DNA from: Yuukianura sp. NJ FZ-2021 | Lineage: Eukaryota | Direction of reading: 5' to 3' | DNA length: 64,000 nt | NCBI GenBank assembly: GCA_046563655.1 | Contig: CM102286.1 | Span: 8,866,001-8,930,000, forward strand | Part shown: piece after piece, positions 58,612 to 64,000 of the stretch | Layout of the letters: the number at the start of each line of letters is the position of its first letter | Numbering within the stretch: position 1 is the first letter of the stretch | Translations under genes and position numbers: made by a program | Notes under the pieces: model-generated | What the model saw: only the letters and a program-made list of their open reading frames with translations | The model's database searches: none | What the model was told of the DNA's origin: nothing

Positions 58612-61600
58612 CTAACTGAAGGTGAAACGCTTCGGCTTCCTCACTTGTCTCCCGCTTCGGGTAACGACGGGATCCGATTCCACCTCCATATCCAGTTCTT
58701 CTACTGATGACTCCTGTTCCTGGAGTTTTCTTGGCTTTGTGATGTTCTTCTTGACTCCACTCTTCGGCTCTTCCTCCGTGATGATTTCGGTGACTTCATG
58801 CCGAATCTCCAGTGGAATCAAACGTTGTATGGGACGAAGCTGAGTTCCGTTTTTCGTCCTGATTCTGGCCACTCGAACTTCTCCGTCTTTCCCTGGAAGG
58901 AGTTCCACAATCTTCGCCATTGGCCAAAAGATCCGCTTCTGATTGTCGACTTCGACCAGAACGACTTCTCCGATTTCAAACTTCCGGATCTTCTGCTCCT
59001 TCCCTCTCTGTATCAATTGTCCCAAATATTCAGATCGAAAACGATCTCTGATTTCTTGATGGAGCTGCTGCAGATTCTTTTGCTCCTTCTTCAGTGTTGA
59101 CACTACGACGACACTTGACTCCGGTACCTCACTGTAGGGAAGATTGTACATAAACATAGCAGGAGTCAATGGCACAAAATCTTCCGGATCTTCTGTCACG
59201 TATGTCAATGGGCGGTGGTTGATGGCAGCTTCCACTTCACAAAGTGCTGTCTCCAGTTGCCCCAATGACAATTTGCCGAATCCAAGTGACTTTCGCAGCA
59301 GATCCTTGGTGCTACGCACTAAACGTTCCCACCAGCCTCCCCACCACGGTGCTGAGGGTGGGTTGAAAATCCAATTGATCCGTTGTTGCTGGGTTTCTTT
59401 TTTCACTTCTTCCCAGTCGATCTTCTTGAACAGATTCACGGCACCTACAAAGTTAGTCCCATTGTCCGTATAAACAATTGACGGTCGTTGCTTACGTTTG
59501 CAGAAACGGACAAAACACAGCAAAAAATCTTCAGTCGACAACGACTCGGTCACTTCCAAATGAACACCACGGTAAACGGCGCATGTGAACAAAACGATGT
59601 AGCATTTCTTCTTGTTCTTGAGACTTAGAGGACCGGCCAAGTCAATCCCTGTAACTTCAAATGCACTGGCCCCTCTTACTCTTGGTTCTGGTAGTGGACA
59701 TGACTTGACCTGGTGCTTCCTTCCGTCGAATCTTTTGCACTTTACGCATTGACGGATGACTTTGACCACTGTCTGTCTCCCCCGAACTATCCAGAACTTC
59801 TCACGTAACTTTGACATCAGCAGTTGAGCTCCACCATGTACATTCTGCAGATGCTCCTTTTGTATGATCAGATCCACCAGAGGGTGAGAATGTGGAAGTA
59901 GGGCTGGAAAACGAAATGACGCCGTGTCTTCTCTTCTGACTATCTTCGTAGACACTCGAACAATGCCCTCTTCGTCTCTGACTACTCGTAAACCCTCAAG
60001 TACTGACTTTGTAGTGTCAAAAGCTTCTGACTGTACAATTCGAATCAGCATCGTCTCCGTAGTCTCCAGTTCTTCTCTAGTAGGTCGTGGGCTCTTCTCA
60101 ACTGACTTTCTTTTGAGCTTATGCACGAACCTAAGAACATAACAAAGGACACGGAGATTAGACTCGTAGTGATTCTTCCTGATGTACCAGAGTTCAGATG
60201 CAGCATTCAAATTCACGAGAGACGAAATGTTCTTCTTTCTCTCCCGGTTCACTTCTTCCTCGTCCACGACGAATTCTGCATTTGGCCACTTCTCCTTAGG
60301 CAGTCTCAGCCACGCAGGTCCTTCCCACCATTTCGACTCGAGGAATTTGATGGGACTGATGCCTCTGGAGGGAACATCTGCTGGATTGTTGACTCCTGGG
60401 ATGTGGTTCCAGTCACTCACGTTGGTCAAAGAGCAGATCTCCTTGACTCTGTTTCCCACAAAAGTGCCCCAGTTGTCACTTCCTCTAATCCACGACAGTG
60501 CTGTTGACGAGTCTGACCAGTAGAAGGTATTGATGCCACTCAATTGAAGGGCCTCCTTGATACTAACTCCCAGTCTTGCTGCAATGGTGCTGGCGAGTAG
60601 TTCCAGTCTCGGAATTGTAGTAGCTTTCAATGGGGCGACTCGAGACTTGCACTGGACAAGATAAACTTTGACATTCGACGTCGTCTCCACACGCAGAAAC
60701 GCTACTGCTGCATAGGCCTTCTGAGATGCATCTCCAAACACATGTAATTGGCACTGGCAGTCTTGACCAACGTTACCAGTTATGTCCCTCGGAATTTGAA
60801 TTTTCTCCATGACACTGGACAGCTCCTTGGACCATAACAAAAATTCCGACTTGATTTCTTCTGTCACTTCCTCGTCCCACTTTTTGCTGTCACTCCAGGC
60901 TTTCTGTAGAATCATCTTTGGCACGATCAACACTGGAGATAAAAATCCGAGGGGTCAAACACTTTCTGAAAAACAGACAAAATTACTCTTTTAGTAATTT
61001 TAAGTGGAATGTCCAATGGAACTGAGTCACAAAACAAAGTATCAGTCTTCTTATTCCACTTCAGACCCAAAACACTAGTCACAAACTGTTCACCACAAAT
61101 ACCACTTTGTTCCCACTGTCGTAGCTCCATTTTGGCTGTTGACATAATTGAAGTAGACACCTCACGAATAGTTCCAAGGTCACTTTCTCTGTCTACTGCA
61201 AAAACCAAATTGTCAACATAAAGAGACTTTTCCATTAAACTCACGACAGTCTGTGCCACACTCCTATTTTTGGACAAGTGATGAAGAATAACTGCTCCCA
61301 GTAGAAATGGACTGCAGTTCATCCCAAACACGACACGATTATGCTGGAAGACTTTAACTTGACTTTGTGACGAGTCTTCCCACCAAAGAAACTGGAGATA
61401 CTTTCGGTCACTCTCATTGACATCAATCATCAGAAATGCTTTTCTGATGTCAGCAGTGACCCCAATTCTCCCAAATCTGAAACGCAGCAAAATAGAGGGG
61501 ATCAGTTCAATCAGATTTGGACCTTTCTCCAAACAGTCATTGAGTGACGGATTGCGGCCAACTTTACAACTGGCGTCAAAGACTGGTCGCACTGGTGTAG

Positions 61601-63866
61601 TGACACTGGATTTGAAAACGGCTCTGTGAGGAAGAAAATGGCAATTGGCAATGTCCACATCACTTTTCACAACCGAAATGATGCCTTCCTCCTCCCAGTC
61701 ACTAAACACTTTGTCGTAGTCACCAAATCGTCCAAGTGTCACCAACTTCCGGGTAGTATTTTCCAATCTCTTGAGGGCCACTGAACGATTGGAGGGCAGA
61801 GACTGAACACCATTTGACCATGGCAGAGACACTGAGTACCGACCATCCGAATTCTGCTTGACGGTACGTTGGAAATGGTCAATGGCTTCTCTCTCCTTCT
61901 CTTCTTTAGATTTCACTTCAACTGGGTCCAGAATTCCAATTGTGTCCAAATTCCACAGCTGAGACACAGAAAAACTTGAAATTGTCATTGACATGACAGT
62001 CATGGCCACAGTGTCCAATTTGGTTCCGCACATTGGACCAAACACTGCCCATCCAAACTTTGTCTCGGTTGCAGTGAGTCCACTGGCCAACCGCTGGATC
62101 CTTCCAGTCAAAATTCTTCCCATAGCGTCCGCTCCAAGTAGTACTTCGACTTCCATTGGGTTTTTCGGATCCACGTCACTGAGTCTCACTCCCCTCCTCT
62201 TAAACTGCTGAATCCATGGACCATCAGGAATCCTAGGAACTTCACCACAGATGTATTCCTGGTCCATCAGCGTAAACAAAGATGAAAACTTGTTGAGGGG
62301 ACTGCCAATGTTCACTTCAAAAATTGAATGTCGGTTTCCCACGACTTCATTTCCACCAAACAGCAAGTGATTCATAGTCACAGTCTCCTTCACATCCAAA
62401 TTCAGGGCCTCGGCAGTCTTCTTCAGGATGTAGGATTTTTGGGAACCACAATCCAAAATCATCCTCACATTTCTGGTTTGATGTGTCACTGGATTTTCCA
62501 TCCGAACAATTAGTGTACGTAGGAGCACTTCACTGGTACAGTTCAAACTGCTGAGAACTGTCTGCTCTTCCGTAGCCACTTTCGGTTTCACTTCTGCACC
62601 AGGACACAAAAGAATAGCATGTCTCTTCCCACAAAGTAAACACTTAACACGAATGTTGCACTTTGAGACGACATGACCAACTTTGAGACATGAGAAACAT
62701 GCACGTTTCTTGGAAGCAATTTCCTTCTTCTCTTCCAACTTCATCTTCTGGGCTTTGTAACAATTGTTGGAGTCGTGGGGCTTCTCACAAAAAATGCATG
62801 AGACTTTTCCCGCCTTCCCACCTCCACTTGTTCCACTAAAAAGTCCAGCTGAAGTTGGAAAGTCCTCATCTGAGTATTGCTGTCGATTCTGGACTTTCCG
62901 TTTTTCTTGAATGAGGCCGAATCCAGACCGGGCTAACTTCCGCTGTTCCTCATTCTCGATCTCGATCTTCAGAAACGACATTAGAAAATCCAGTTCCGAT
63001 TTTGGAGGATTTTCTTTCGATCCGTCCTTCCCAAAATTCGGACTGCGCTGCCAGGCAAGAAGAACATCTTCCGGCAGACTGGATTCCACCATTGGAAATA
63101 AAAATTCCACCATTTGCTCCATGCTGACACCAAGTGATTCCAAGGAACGTAGTGAAGCCTCCAACTTGTCAAAAAGTGTAGCGAGTGGCGTCTTCTCCTT
63201 TGAGCGATTATCCAAAATCAATTTAATCAGCTCACGGACGTACACTTGCTTGAGCAATTTCTCCTTGCCGAATCGTTCCTTCAGTGCAGCAAGGGCTTTC
63301 GGGTAATTTTCAGAAGACTGGGGATAACGCTTCACAACTTCTTCTGCACGTGAGCCCAACACCATGGACTGCACCAAGTAACTGAATTTGTCTGAATCGT
63401 GGAGCTCCTCATCTTCATCAATTTTCTTGAATTGGGCCCACCAACCCAACCAGTCCGTCAAATCTCCGTTGAATTTCATCAAATCGATCTTCGGCAGTTT
63501 GACACGACGACTGTAGGCGTTGGATGACTCGCTTCTCGTTGGACTGACTGGGCGTTGACTTTTCCACAGATTCTGGAGTTTCGTTTCTGCCTTGACTTTG
63601 ACTAAAGTTGCCTTCTTCCGAAACTCCCGACTTTCCGTCCGTTCTGAGGAAAGGGCACACCCATCAACATCTTCCATATCCAAAATAAACTCCTTGATCT
63701 TCTCATCAAGTTCGGACAATGTTTGTAGAGAAGAATCCAGTAACTGCAGTGACGTCACGATCTCATCTGGGTTCACTGGTTCTTTCTGCAATTCATCTTC
63801 AAGTGACTTGACTATTTCCAGTACGTCACTCCTCTCAGCAGCTCTTTCACGTTTAGCTCTCTCCAT
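58612..63866 (-). CDS. BEL/Pao Gag-Pol polyprotein (single 1-nt frameshift at ~60952)
   Basis: VKLPKIDLMKFNGD Gag; three Cys/His knuckles (CIFCEKPHDSNNC, CFSCLKVGHVVSKC, CLLCGKRHAILLC); protease ILDCGSQKSYI; RT ADIRKAFL...YVDN; RNase H LHVFGDASQKAY; integrase HHCC, GIDLAGP, TDNGTNF and GWWERLV. One extra C restores FDPLGFLSPV. Confidence 0.95.
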
Positions 63867-64000
63867 TACTCAAAAGGTAAACAAAAGAAAACCAAGTATC
63901 AGAATTTTGGTTTAACCAATTGATCTGAACGATCGTCACCTCAGGAAGTCCCGTTCCGGTTGGGACAGACCACTACGTATTCGATTGTGGCAGTATCGGC

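Larger units (their letters stand above)
58016..64000 (-). mobile_element. BEL/Pao LTR retrotransposon (5' LTR beyond window end)
   Basis: 3' LTR, PPT and gag-pol in the order Gag-PR-RT-RH-IN. Confidence 0.96.

Noticed and set aside
60927..60960. Programmed frameshift between the two BEL ORFs
   Set aside because: The break lies inside the conserved FDPLG motif at a C homopolymer. BEL elements usually have one ORF, so a 1-nt deletion or long-read error is more likely.

Overview
AT-rich, intron-containing animal genomic DNA, most likely a hexapod; the divergent intronless ionotropic receptor and short introns suggest a springtail-like host (inference). Host genes are a divergent PC4/Sub1-domain gene hit by a MITE (0.1-1.6 kb), a three-IQ-motif igloo/GAP-43-like gene (11.5-13.4 kb, +), a complete 10-exon Cbl E3 ligase (18.6-23.6 kb, -) and an intronless divergent ionotropic receptor (39.5-42.1 kb, +). 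The right 60% is mostly transposons: a dead Helitron containing a pogo element that itself contains a hAT element, a 2.5 kb foldback element, a cluster of DINE-1/HINE-like Helentron derivatives with a nested solo LTR and a mini-Helitron, and a near-intact BEL/Pao LTR retrotransposon. The most unusual object is at 52.3-58.0 kb. Two near-identical ~1.7 kb inverted arms each end in the same TATA+Inr promoter and point at two convergent Polinton/adintovirus-type virion genes: a zinc-finger-fused packaging ATPase and a core-like protein with an adenovirus pX-like GGFLPALL tail. No polymerase, integrase, protease or capsid gene lies between the arms. It could be one segment of a multipartite Polinton-like virus or a specialised non-autonomous derivative. 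All family calls come from motif recognition by eye; no database search was run.
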